DNA from: Caldilineaceae bacterium
Lineage (GTDB): Bacteria > Chloroflexota > Anaerolineae > Caldilineales > Caldilineaceae
Length of the DNA: 64,000 bases
NCBI GenBank assembly: GCA_965204525.1
Contig: OZ241994.1
Span: 2,791,732 to 2,855,731, forward strand
Reading direction: 5' to 3'
The notes below the pieces were generated by a model. That model was given only the letters and a program-made list of their open reading frames with translations. It had not been told where the DNA came from and ran no database searches. Position 1 is the first letter of the stretch; each line of letters starts with the position of its first letter. The position numbers and the translations under genes were made by a program. Positions 18,494 through 27,886 of this stretch are shown here, piece by piece.

Positions 18494-19284
18494 TCCTCTT
18501 CCAGGCCGGCGATTCGCTGGCCTTCATGCAGGTAGGCGACGCGGCCGCCGTAGGTACGGCGCAGGTTGTCGGGCGTGAAGGTCTGGGCAACGGGGCCGCT
18601 GGCGACGATTTCGACGTTCAGGAGCGTCACCCAGTCGAAGTATTCGGGGGCGGTCTGCAGGTCGTGGTGAACGACGACGACCGTTTTGCCGCGCGCGCGC
18701 AGTTCGCGCAGGATCGTGATGATGGCGCGCTCGGTGACGGCGTCGACCGCGGCGAAGGGCTCGTCCATGAGATAGATGCGGGCGTCCTGGACGAGGGCGC
18801 GGGCGAGGAAGGTGCGCTGCTGCTGGCCGCCGGAGAGCTGGCTGATCTGGCGGTCGGCGAACTCCTGCATGCCGACCTGTTCGAGGGCGTGCATGGCCGA
18901 CTCGCGTTCGCTCTGTCCGGGGCGGCGGATCCAGCCGAGGCGGCCGTAAAGGCCCATGGAGACGACGTCGAGCACGGTGGTGGGGAAGTCCCAGTCGACG
19001 CTGCCGCGCTGGGGCACATAGCCGACGAGGCCGCGGACCTGCTCGTAGGGCTGGCCGTAGAACTGGACCGTGCCGGCGGCGCGGGGAATGAGCTTGAGGG
19101 CGGCTTTGATCAGGGTGCTCTTGCCGGCGCCGTTGGGGCCGACGACGGCCATGAGGACGCCCTCGGGCACGTGCAGGTCGATGTCCCAGATAGCCGGTTT
19201 GCTGTTGTAGGCCACGGTCAGATCGTCGATCTCCAGGGCCGTAGCCAAGTCGTCTTGCGGACCCTTTCCGCTGCGGACGCTCAC
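18490..19284 (-). CDS. Metal ABC transporter ATP-binding protein (ZnuC/MntB/TroB type)
   Basis: Walker [10 protein letters not shown], signature LSGGQQQR, Walker B IYLMDEPF. Confidence 0.9.
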   Translation of the reverse strand: MSVRSGKGPQDDLATALEIDDLTVAYNSKPAIWDIDLHVPEGVLMAVVGPNGAGKSTLIKAALKLIPRAAGTVQFYGQPYEQVRGLVGYVPQRGSVDWDFPTTVLDVVSMGLYGRLGWIRRPGQSERESAMHALEQVGMQEFADRQISQLSGGQQQRTFLARALVQDARIYLMDEPFAAVDAVTERAIITILRELRARGKTVVVVHHDLQTAPEYFDWVTLLNVEIVASGPVAQTFTPDNLRRTYGGRVAYLHEGQRIAGLEEE

Positions 19285-19332
19285 GTCAGTTCACTCCTTG
19301 CAGGCGCGCGCGGGGCCCGGTGGCGCGGGCGG

Positions 19333-20514
19333 CTACTGTTCTTCAGATTCACAACTGACCGTGAGTAGCTCCTGCGGCGGCGCAGTGTCGATGGTGTCGG
19401 GCCAGTCGGGGATAAGGGCCGGCGCGCCGGCGCAGCGGTAGGACTGCAGGATGGTATAGACGTTTTCGGCGATCATGCCGATGTAGGTGCCGCCGAATGT
19501 GCCGGGCATGCCCATGGCGTCCGAATAGAGCTCGCGCACGCCGACGCGGGCGGCGCCGCCTTTGGCTTCGATTGCTGCCAGGACGGCTTCGATGGTGTCG
19601 GGCGAGATGCTGCTTTCGACGAAGAGGACCGGAATCTCCTGGTCGACGACGAACTGGGCGGTGCGCTGAATGTCGCCGACGCCGGTCTCGTCCTCGGTGC
19701 TGATGCCCTGGATGCCGGCCATCTGCCAGCCGAAGGCGGCGCCGAAGTACTGGAAGGCGTCGTGCGAGGTGACCAGGTAGCGCTGCGCTTCGGGTACGGA
19801 GCGCATGCCCTCGTCGGCCCAGGTAAAGAGCAGGCGCAGCTGTTCGTTGTAGGCGTCGGCATGGGCGGCGTAGCTGTCGGCGTTGTCGGGATCGAGCCCG
19901 GCCAGGGTCTGGGCCAGGTCTGCGACGGTGAGCTCCCAGTTGCGGGGGTCGAACCAGAAGTGGGGATCGTCGGTACCGGTCTGGGTCTGGTCGGCGCCGA
20001 AGCCGCCGATGACGAAGCCGCCGTCCTTTACGGGTTTGGAAAGGCTGTAGATCAGGGTGCCCTGTTCGCGCAGGGCTTCGAAGACGGCGTCGAACTGGCC
20101 TTCGAGGTGGAGGCCGCTGTAGATGACCATGTCGGCGGCGTTCATGGCGCGGATGTCGGACTCGGTGGGCTGGTAGAGATGGGGGTCGACGCCGGCGCCC
20201 ATGAGAGGCGTGATCTCGATACCGGCGACGCCGTCGGTCAGGATCCTGGAGAGGTCGCTGGCCTGGGTGGTGGTGGCGACGATGCGGAAGGTTCCGTCGG
20301 CGCGTACGCCTGCGGAGGAGGGGGCGTCCGGTTGGGACTCTTGTTCGCCGGCTGCCGGGGTATCGGCGGCGGCCTCGACAGTTGCGGGCTCCCCGTCACG
20401 TCCGCAGGCTGTGGCAAGCAGGGCAACGAGAAGGAGCAGAAAGACGATGGATGTCTGTCTGGCGTGTAATCGGGATGGTCCTGCTGGTGTGCATTGTGTT
20501 GATTCGTTCGGCAT
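19333..20514 (-). CDS. Metal ABC transporter substrate-binding lipoprotein (ZnuA/TroA/MntA family)
   Basis: ATG 20514 gives a signal peptide with lipobox LLATAC. The TroA-like core includes VTSHDAFQYF. The track start (20568) is probably too long. Confidence 0.85.
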   Translation of the reverse strand: MPNESTQCTPAGPSRLHARQTSIVFLLLLVALLATACGRDGEPATVEAAADTPAAGEQESQPDAPSSAGVRADGTFRIVATTTQASDLSRILTDGVAGIEITPLMGAGVDPHLYQPTESDIRAMNAADMVIYSGLHLEGQFDAVFEALREQGTLIYSLSKPVKDGGFVIGGFGADQTQTGTDDPHFWFDPRNWELTVADLAQTLAGLDPDNADSYAAHADAYNEQLRLLFTWADEGMRSVPEAQRYLVTSHDAFQYFGAAFGWQMAGIQGISTEDETGVGDIQRTAQFVVDQEIPVLFVESSISPDTIEAVLAAIEAKGGAARVGVRELYSDAMGMPGTFGGTYIGMIAENVYTILQSYRCAGAPALIPDWPDTIDTAPPQELLTVSCESEEQ

Positions 20515-20582
20515 AGTCAGGTTCCAAAAACAGGTAGTTTCAGATAGTGGAAATAAATTTTTATCCATGACTAAATCTTTTA

Positions 20583-20601
20583 TAAGGATAGCCTAATCTT
20601 T
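20583..20601. promoter_or_regulatory. Candidate DtxR/IdeR/MntR-type operator upstream of the metal ABC operon
   Basis: TAAGGATAGCCTAATCTTT matches the IdeR/DtxR consensus TTAGGTTAGCCTAACCTAA at 14 of 19 positions and is an imperfect palindrome. It lies 69-87 nt upstream of the SBP ATG. Confidence 0.35.
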
Positions 20602-20670
20602 GATTTCTGTCAAGGGGCAGTCGCAAATTATCAGTGGCTAATTATCAATGATCAGTCGGGGCGGTCCTAC

Positions 20671-20775
20671 GAGGAATCGCGAGAGTTGCACGAGAGTCGG
20701 CGAGTGTTATGTGAGAGTTTACGAGGTTCGCAGGAGAGTGTACGAGAGTTGACGCGTTTGGGCGTGTTATGTCGC
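20671..20775. repeat. Degenerate tandem array of ten 10-11-bp units (CGAGAGT-like), helical-turn periodicity
   Basis: Unit starts at 20671, 20682, 20692, 20703, 20713, 20724, 20734, 20744, 20754 and 20764. Confidence 0.6.
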
Positions 20776-20805
20776 GTTATGTCTACAGCTGTGCTTCCGC
20801 TGTCC

Positions 20806-21171
20806 TCAAATACTGGCGACGCTGACCGTACCCTGACGCTGCGGTGTCAGTTGCGCCTCCGCTTCGTCACCTGTGGGGGAATCTGGTTCGTGTATAACGA
20901 TTTCGACATCACGTCCGAGCGCAGTCAACAGACGCAGAAGCCGTTCCACGGAGTACTCACGGAAGTTTCCGCGCAGTAGACGAGAGACGTCAGGCTGCGA
21001 GAGACCCAAAAGTGCCGCAGCGTCAACCTGCTTGAGCTTGCGCCGACGGATGATCTTTTCGATGCGGGTGACCAGTTGCGCCTTGAGCAGATGTGCTTCG
21101 GCGTCTGGAAGGCCCAGGTCCGCGAACACATTGCCGCTGCCGCGCTCAATCTTTTCTTTTTCTGGTTGCAT
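20806..21171 (-). CDS. XRE-family HTH protein of the HigA-like antitoxin type
   Basis: ERGSGNVFADLGLPDAEAHLLKAQLV...LKQVDAAALLGLSQPDVSRLLRGNFREYSVERLLRLL is the typical pattern of HigA-like antitoxins. Confidence 0.75.
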   Translation of the reverse strand: MQPEKEKIERGSGNVFADLGLPDAEAHLLKAQLVTRIEKIIRRRKLKQVDAAALLGLSQPDVSRLLRGNFREYSVERLLRLLTALGRDVEIVIHEPDSPTGDEAEAQLTPQRQGTVSVASI

Positions 21172-21394
21172 TGCACTATCTACCTTTCGTCATAGATTTC
21201 TCTGTAATGCTGCTCTGCAGCCATCAGGTCTCACCATCGCATTTACCTCAACGTATTATAGTGGTTCCCCCATATTCTTTGCAAGTAACATCCCCGGCAG
21301 TAAGTTGTCTCACGACAGACTCACCTTGGATTCTGTGACAGTGAGACGGTCTGGTCTCTCTTGATCCAGATCGCGTCGTTGCCTCACCCCCACT

Positions 21395-22786
21395 TCAGGC
21401 GCGCCTCGGACCGAACCAGACCAGGGCGGCGCCGATGAAGGGGAGGCCCAGGGCAAGAAGGTTGAAGCCGGGCCAGGTTGCCGTGGGGATGCCGCGCAGG
21501 GTGAGGGTCGAGAGGCCGAGGCAGACGAGGGCGCAGCCGAGCAGGAGGCGCCAGGCGGGAGGCGCGGGGGCGTGCTGGGCCTGGCCGATGCGCTCGAAGC
21601 GGGTGAAGAGGGCGACGAAGGGGATGAGGGCGGCGACGAGGACGGCGACCCAGAGCGGGCGGGTGAGCCACCAGGCCGCTGTGCCGGGAACAAACGACAG
21701 CCACAAATTCGCCTCCCAGCCTCCTATCAGAAATGTCAGCGCGATCACCGTTTCCAAGACCGTTACGTGCCACAGGAAGACGGTCATTATCATGCCGTTG
21801 ATCAGCACGGTCGTGGTCCAGAGGGCGCCGCGTTCGAGGAGACGCCGCGCCGGTCTTTCGAGCGCGAGCAGCAGGCCGGTCTGAGCGGCGCCCAGCGCCA
21901 GCAACGTTACTCTGGGCGGCAGGCTGTTGCTGATCTCCTCACTGCCCACCGATACCATGCTGATGGGATAGGTGTCGAGCGACACCAACGCGATCAACGC
22001 GGCCAGTCCGCCGCCGGCCCACAGGAGACAGCGGCGCGGTCCGCCGATGCGGCCGGCCTGCCAGGCGTAGCCGAGCTGGTGGACGGCGAGCCAGACGAAG
22101 AGGTAGTTGAGCCAGCCAAGGAGCCCCAAGCCCACGCCCAGGGCGAGCAGGTCCACGAGGGCAGCGGCGGCCGCCAGCGCCCAGAATGAGGCGAGGCCGT
22201 AGCGCTGCCAGGCCCGGTGGGAGAGCGGTGTGAGCAGGACCATGAGGATGTAGACGACGAGGAACCAGGCGGGCAGGAGCGCGAACTGGGAGGCGGTTTT
22301 GAGCAGAAAGGCATCGAAGTAGAACCCGGGGCGCCCAAAGCTGACTGTGCCCGTTAAAAAAGCCCCGATCAGCGTCCAGGCGGCTAAGACAGGGAGGACA
22401 GGCACGATCAGTCGTTGCAGCCGGCGGGCCAGCCAGGCGGCGTAACCCGCCTGCCGGCGCTGGGCCGACTGCCAGCCGAGACCGTTGACGTAGCCGCCGA
22501 CGAGGAAGAAGATCGGCATGACCTGGAAGAGCCAGGTGAGCCATTGGGTCCAGGGGATGGCGGAGAGCGCGTCCCCGGCGTAGATGGCGCCTTCTTGCGT
22601 GTAGATGGCGACGACGAGCCAGTGGCCGAGGATCACGAGGCAGATGGAGGCGGCGCGCAGGAGGTCGACGTAGCGGTTGCGTTCGGGCGGGGTTTGGGCG
22701 GCGAGGCGGGCGGCGCGGGTCCAGGTGGAAAGCTTCACTTTGGTAGTTCTTAGTAGGGACTTATGCTGGCCGTGACAGGTCTCCAT
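21395..22786 (-). CDS. Acyltransferase-3 family membrane protein (OafA/YrhL-like)
   Basis: NRYVDLLRAASICLVILGHW plus about 10 hydrophobic segments. Start codon uncertain. Confidence 0.7.
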   Translation of the reverse strand: METCHGQHKSLLRTTKVKLSTWTRAARLAAQTPPERNRYVDLLRAASICLVILGHWLVVAIYTQEGAIYAGDALSAIPWTQWLTWLFQVMPIFFLVGGYVNGLGWQSAQRRQAGYAAWLARRLQRLIVPVLPVLAAWTLIGAFLTGTVSFGRPGFYFDAFLLKTASQFALLPAWFLVVYILMVLLTPLSHRAWQRYGLASFWALAAAAALVDLLALGVGLGLLGWLNYLFVWLAVHQLGYAWQAGRIGGPRRCLLWAGGGLAALIALVSLDTYPISMVSVGSEEISNSLPPRVTLLALGAAQTGLLLALERPARRLLERGALWTTTVLINGMIMTVFLWHVTVLETVIALTFLIGGWEANLWLSFVPGTAAWWLTRPLWVAVLVAALIPFVALFTRFERIGQAQHAPAPPAWRLLLGCALVCLGLSTLTLRGIPTATWPGFNLLALGLPFIGAALVWFGPRRA

Positions 22787-22864
22787 TCACGATGTCACGC
22801 CAGTATAACATGATTGCATTGCCGCCGCTCTGTTGTTCTGGCTGCGGCATATAATCCCCCATCC

Positions 22865-23680
22865 CTATTTCAGGCCGTAATCGCCGTCGGGGTGGTCGGG
22901 CGTTCCCAGTCTCCAATAGCCTCTGGTTACCATCTGTTCCGGAAGCAGGCCCCTGTCTTCGATAAGGTGGCGGCGAATGCGGCGCATGGCGCCCGCCTCC
23001 AGCGCCATCCATACGTAGCCGCGGCTCGCGGGAATTTGGGCCTGTTTCACCGCCTGCTCCAGGGGCAGTCCGGCAGTGAGGCCATACGGCTCCCGGTACA
23101 GCCACCCCGGCAGGTCATCATCTATTGCGGGCAGCGGGCGGCGTTCCTGCTCGTCCGTCACCTCGAACAGGGCGGTGACTTGCCGGTCGGGCAGCGCCTG
23201 CAGGACCTGGACGGCGGCCGGGATGCCGGTGTCGTCGGCCAGCACAAGGTACCAGTCGCCGTCCTGCGGCGGGACCCAGCCGCCCCGCGGTCCGGCCACG
23301 ATGATCCGGTGCCCCGGCCTGGCGGAGCGCAGCCAGTTGGAGGCCGGGCTGTCCCCGTGCAGGAGCATCTCCACTTCGAGCTCCAGGGTTTCGGCGTTGT
23401 AGCGCAGCGGCGTGTAGGTGCGGAGGAACGGCGGCGTTACGCCTTCGGCAAACACCGGGCGGCGGCCCTCGTGGCGCAGGGGCTGCGGCGTGTCCGTTAC
23501 GCCCGGGGGAGGAAGTATCAACTTGACGTGGGAACCCGGGTCGGCCGGTTCAAATCCGGACAGCTCCGGACCGTGCAGCACCAGGTTGGCTACCCGGGGC
23601 GTCAGCCATTGCAGGCTGCGGATTGTGACCGGATAACGCGGCGGCAGGCGGTGCGGCCTGCTATGTACCAACGCACTCAT
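22865..23680 (-). CDS. Siderophore-interacting protein (SIP/ViuB-type ferric-siderophore reductase)
   Basis: Contains RTYTPLRY, HGDSPASNWL and ADDTGIPA motifs. ATG is preceded by AAGGGAG. Confidence 0.8.
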   Translation of the reverse strand: MSALVHSRPHRLPPRYPVTIRSLQWLTPRVANLVLHGPELSGFEPADPGSHVKLILPPPGVTDTPQPLRHEGRRPVFAEGVTPPFLRTYTPLRYNAETLELEVEMLLHGDSPASNWLRSARPGHRIIVAGPRGGWVPPQDGDWYLVLADDTGIPAAVQVLQALPDRQVTALFEVTDEQERRPLPAIDDDLPGWLYREPYGLTAGLPLEQAVKQAQIPASRGYVWMALEAGAMRRIRRHLIEDRGLLPEQMVTRGYWRLGTPDHPDGDYGLK

Positions 23681-23714
23681 TGGAATCTCCCTTGGCTCTT
23701 AGTGTGAACTGCGG

Positions 23715-24479
23715 TTATCCAATCGCGAAATAGGCGGCCACCGGCCTGTCCGCGTACGAGTGGACCGGTACCTCCAGGTCGAAGATCTCGGCCATCCAGG
23801 GCGCCGTGATGATCTCTCCCGGCGAGCCGTCGGCGACGATTGCCCCGTCCTTCATGGCCACAACGCGATCGGCGTGATAGCTGGCGAAATTGACGTCGTG
23901 CAGCACGATAACAATGGTTTTGTTCAGTTCCGTCGCAAACCGGCGGATCAGGCCCACCGTTTGCGACGCGTGGCGCATGTCCAGGTTGTTGAGTGGTTCG
24001 TCAAGCAGCACGTAGTCCGTATCCTGGCACAGCACCATGGCGATGAAGGCTCGCTGCCTCTGCCCCCCGGATAGCCGGTTGATCGGTCTTGCCGCAAACT
24101 CCGCCAGCTCCAGGAAGTCGATCGCCTTATCGACATGCCTTGCGTCTTCGGCGGTCAGGCGTCCCCGCGAGTAGGGGAACCGCCCGAACTCCACCAGCTC
24201 CTTCACCGTGAGCCGGACCGCCACCTGGTTTTCCTGGCGCAGAATCGACAGCTTCTTCGCAAGGACATTGCCGGCCGTGCGCGACACGTCCAGCCCGTCC
24301 ACCCGGATTTCGCCCTCGTCCATTGGCAGCAGCCTGCCGATCATCGACAGCAGCGTGGACTTGCCCGCCCCGTTCGGTCCGACCAGCGCGGTTACGCCGC
24401 CGCCCGGAATCGTGAGCGACACGCCGTCCACCACCGTGTTCGGCCCATAGCGCTTGGTGACGCCGGACAGCTCGATCAA
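23715..24479 (-). CDS. Iron-siderophore ABC transporter ATP-binding protein
   Basis: Walker [18 protein letters not shown], Walker B LLDEP. No ATG lies near the conserved N-terminus. A TTG at 24479 overlaps the upstream stop (TTGA), so the start is provisional. Confidence 0.8.
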   Translation of the reverse strand: MIELSGVTKRYGPNTVVDGVSLTIPGGGVTALVGPNGAGKSTLLSMIGRLLPMDEGEIRVDGLDVSRTAGNVLAKKLSILRQENQVAVRLTVKELVEFGRFPYSRGRLTAEDARHVDKAIDFLELAEFAARPINRLSGGQRQRAFIAMVLCQDTDYVLLDEPLNNLDMRHASQTVGLIRRFATELNKTIVIVLHDVNFASYHADRVVAMKDGAIVADGSPGEIITAPWMAEIFDLEVPVHSYADRPVAAYFAIG

Positions 24480-25450
24480 CGTCCTGCCTCCCGCAGCAGC
24501 AGCAGAATGAAGTAGATGCCGCCGATGAAACTGATTATCACGCTCAACCTGACCACCGACGCGAAGACCTCCTGCAGGAGAAACTGCCCGCCTATCAGCG
24601 CGATTGCGGCGATCATCCCGGCGGCCGCGGGCGTGTAGCGGTGGCGAAAGGTGCCGGTGAGCTGGTAGGCCATGTTGGACACCAGCAGACCCAGGAACGC
24701 CACCGGGCCTACAAGCGCGGTCGACACGGAAACCAGCACCGCTATCGCGGCCAGGCACTGACGGACCACTGCCCGGTGGTTCACCCCCAGGTTGATGGCG
24801 TGCTCCCGGCCTATGGCCACGGCGTCCAGCTGCGCCAGCAGCGGGCGGGTGGCAACGATTGTCGCGACCACGGCCGCCGCCGAAACCAGCAGCAGCTCCC
24901 TGTTCACCGTGCTGAAATTCGCGAAAAGCAGGTCCTGCAGCGTCATGAACTCATTGGGGTCCAGCAGCCGCATAATCAGCGCGGTCAGGCTGGTGAAAAC
25001 CGTGCCGGTGATGATGCCCGCCAGGACCAGGAGAAACAGGTCGCGGTTCTCGCCCCCGAAGAGCAGCCGGTACAGGATCGCCGCGAAGGCCAGCATGATC
25101 CCCACTTCAATGCCGAACCGCAGCCGCACGTCCAGCGACAGGAACGCCAGCGTGCCGAACAGGAAGGCGGCGCCGGTCTGAATCAGCACAAAGAGGGCGT
25201 CGAACCCCATCAGGCTGGGCGTCAGTATGCGGTTGTTGGTGATCGTGTGGAGCAGCACCGAGGCGTAGGCGACCGCGAATCCCACCAGCAGCATGCCGCC
25301 GACCTTGCGCCCCCGCAGCTCGAGAGCAAAATCCAGCGAACCCTTGAGATCGTAGGTCATGAACAGCGCCGTTACCATCGCCAGCAGTATGCCGAGCAGC
25401 ACAAGAACCGTAACCGGACGGCCGCTTTCCGGCATCCCCCGTCCGCTCAT
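24476..25450 (-). CDS. Iron-siderophore ABC permease (FecCD family)
   Basis: Polytopic protein with FecCD-type motifs (TNNRILTPSLMG). Start 25450 (MSGRG) is preferred; 25483 and 25510 are possible. Confidence 0.8.
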   Translation of the reverse strand: MSGRGMPESGRPVTVLVLLGILLAMVTALFMTYDLKGSLDFALELRGRKVGGMLLVGFAVAYASVLLHTITNNRILTPSLMGFDALFVLIQTGAAFLFGTLAFLSLDVRLRFGIEVGIMLAFAAILYRLLFGGENRDLFLLVLAGIITGTVFTSLTALIMRLLDPNEFMTLQDLLFANFSTVNRELLLVSAAAVVATIVATRPLLAQLDAVAIGREHAINLGVNHRAVVRQCLAAIAVLVSVSTALVGPVAFLGLLVSNMAYQLTGTFRHRYTPAAAGMIAAIALIGGQFLLQEVFASVVRLSVIISFIGGIYFILLLLREAGR

Positions 25451-25472
25451 GGCAAGCGCCGTGCGCCACCGC

Positions 25473-26480
25473 TCAGTCGGCATTGAAACGGCTCCTGAGG
25501 ACGAGGGCAAGGAATATGGCGCCGCCCGCGACCCCGACCACGGTCCCGACCGGGATCTCGTAGGGGAAGCGAATGGTGCGGCTCACGATGTCGCATACCA
25601 GCACGAAGAATGCGCCGCTGACCGCGGTTAGCGGCAGCACGCGCCGCAGGTTGTCGCCCATTGTCATCGTCACCAGGTTGGGCACGACCAGCCCCAGGAA
25701 GGGTATGCCCCCGACCACGACGACGACCACCGCCGAAACGGAGGCCGCCAGCGCCATCCCGCCGTAGAGCACCCTGTGGTAGTTCACCCCCAGGTTGACC
25801 GCCGCGTCGCGGCCCATCCCCGCCAGTGTGAAGCGGTTGGCGAAAAGGTAGGCCACCACGGTCATCGCCCCGACCAGGTAGAGCAGCTCGTACCGCCCGC
25901 GCAGGATGCCGGAGAAGTCGCCATTGGTCCAGGCGCTGAGCGACTGCAGCAGGTCGTAGCGCAGGGCCAGAAAGGTGGCGGCGGCCTGAACTACGCCGCC
26001 CAGCATGATTCCAATCAGAGGGACCACGATGATGTCGGCGAAACGCAGCCGCTGCACCAGCGCCATGAACAGCGCCGTTCCGGCCAGCGCGAAGATCACG
26101 GCGATGGTCATCTTGAGGAAGACGGAAGCGCCGGCAAACCAGATGGTTGCGACGACCAGTCCCAGGCTGGCTGCGTCGACGGTGCCGGCGGTGGTGGGCG
26201 CGACGAACCGGTTGCGCACCAGGCTCTGCATGATCAGACCCACCACGCCCATGGCGGAGCCGGAGAGCAGGATCGCCGCCAGCCGGGGCACCCTGCTCAC
26301 CACGAACAGCAACATCCTGGACGGTTCGGCCCGCAGGAGATCGGAGAGGCCGATCTCGCTGACCCCGATGAAAAGGGACCAGGCCGAAACCGCCGTGAGG
26401 GAGACCAGGGCCAGGCCCAGAAGGGCGGTATCCCGAAAGCGCCCTGCCGCCGGCCCCCCTCTGCGCGCCGACGTCGCCAT
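25473..26480 (-). CDS. Iron-siderophore ABC permease (FecCD family)
   Basis: FecCD-like core (VRNRFVAPTTAG). ATG 26480 lies 5 nt after the SBP stop; the track start 26597 would overlap the SBP gene. Confidence 0.8.
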   Translation of the reverse strand: MATSARRGGPAAGRFRDTALLGLALVSLTAVSAWSLFIGVSEIGLSDLLRAEPSRMLLFVVSRVPRLAAILLSGSAMGVVGLIMQSLVRNRFVAPTTAGTVDAASLGLVVATIWFAGASVFLKMTIAVIFALAGTALFMALVQRLRFADIIVVPLIGIMLGGVVQAAATFLALRYDLLQSLSAWTNGDFSGILRGRYELLYLVGAMTVVAYLFANRFTLAGMGRDAAVNLGVNYHRVLYGGMALAASVSAVVVVVVGGIPFLGLVVPNLVTMTMGDNLRRVLPLTAVSGAFFVLVCDIVSRTIRFPYEIPVGTVVGVAGGAIFLALVLRSRFNAD

Positions 26481-26485
26481 GCGCG

Positions 26486-27484
26486 CTATTGCAGACCCGC
26501 CTTGACGTCTTCGACAACCTGGAAGAAGGCGGGAAGGGCGGTCCAGGCGATGTACCAGTCGAACGAGTTGACGTAGATTACGCGTCCGTTCTGCCACGCC
26601 GGTGTCTGCGCCACCAGCTCGTTGTCCAGGATTTCGGCCGCGGCCTTGCCTTCCTCGCCGATCGCCGCAGCGCGGTCGATGACGAACAGGACGTCCGGCT
26701 GCATCTCCAGAATGTATTCGAAGGAGACGGCGTCGCCGTGCGTCGCCTCGCGTTCCAGGTTTTCGTCGGCGGCGGCGTAGCCGAAGGTGTCGTGGACGAA
26801 ACCGAAGCGGGAGCCGGGGCCGTAAGCGGTAACTTCGGCGCCGGTGGTCATCAGGATCAGCGCCTTGCCCGCGTCCGCCGTCTGGGCGCTCACCTCCTGC
26901 ACCATCGCGTCCAGCTCCGCCAGGCGTTCTTCGACCCGTTCTTCGATGCCGAAAATCTTGCCCATGTTACGGTGCTGCTCCTGGAACTTGTTGTAAAAGT
27001 CCTCCCAGACGGTCAGGTCGGCGGTGGGGGCGATCTCCTTCATGTCGGCGTAGATTCTCGAGGAGCGGCCGGCCACGATGATCAGGTCGGGCTCGAGGGC
27101 GTTGATCGCCTCGTAGTCCGGCTCCCAGACGCTGCCCAGCTCCGCAAAGTCGGGGTTGTTCAGGACGTCGGCGTACTTGCCAGGAACCGGCACGCCCAGC
27201 CCCAGCAGGCCGGCAATCCCCTCCACGCCCAGGTCGTGCAGCGAGAGCAGCGCCGCCATGTCGGCAACGACGACCGTCTCCGGGTTGACCGGCACCACGT
27301 CGGTTCCCGAATAATGCGTGATCTCCACCTCGGAGGGCGCGGCATCGGCCGCGGCGTCGGGCTGGGACATCGCCGCGCCGTCGCCGGCCGGGACCGGAAC
27401 ACAGGCGCCCGCCATCAGGAGCACGGCCGCCGCCGCCACCCGCACCATGACTGAAATTCTCGGGAAGATATTCACCTTCAACAT
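26486..27484 (-). CDS. Siderophore ABC substrate-binding lipoprotein (class-III periplasmic binding protein)
   Basis: ATG 27484 preceded by GAGGAG. Lipobox LMAGAC. The PDLIIVAGR motif is typical of FatB/CeuE/YfiY-type binders. Confidence 0.8.
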   Translation of the reverse strand: MLKVNIFPRISVMVRVAAAAVLLMAGACVPVPAGDGAAMSQPDAAADAAPSEVEITHYSGTDVVPVNPETVVVADMAALLSLHDLGVEGIAGLLGLGVPVPGKYADVLNNPDFAELGSVWEPDYEAINALEPDLIIVAGRSSRIYADMKEIAPTADLTVWEDFYNKFQEQHRNMGKIFGIEERVEERLAELDAMVQEVSAQTADAGKALILMTTGAEVTAYGPGSRFGFVHDTFGYAAADENLEREATHGDAVSFEYILEMQPDVLFVIDRAAAIGEEGKAAAEILDNELVAQTPAWQNGRVIYVNSFDWYIAWTALPAFFQVVEDVKAGLQ

Positions 27485-27886
27485 GGAACTCCTCACTTTC
27501 TGGAAAAGTATCAGTTCTGGAGATGCATCAATGCAAAACGAACGCTAAAAGTTTAGCACAGCGACAGGCTGAAATTCGCGGAATTTGGCGGCAGTTTATT
27601 GCGGTAACTCTAAACAAATCCGTTAACCAGGATTCATGACGCGGTTAACGGCGGTTACAAACCTGGAGCCCTTTACTGACGAATATGACTGGGGAGTATA
27701 GGCCGCTGCGTCGACATCCGTAGCGCGCAGAACACCTTTCTTTGTCCACGCTGGGCTGCCTGAAGGCGCGTTCCCGGATTGGGCGCGAGTGCGAGGGCGT
27801 CCACAAGGGGCGCCCCTGCGGGTTGAGATGTTGCTTCAGGCGTGGTCGGTTGTCGCGAACGGCCCGGCGGACGGGCCGCCGGCATG

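Noticed and set aside
21172-21394. An expected HigB/RelE-type toxin gene upstream of the HigA-like gene.
   Set aside because: All three minus-strand frames were translated by hand. Only short stop-interrupted peptides are present, with no toxin motifs.
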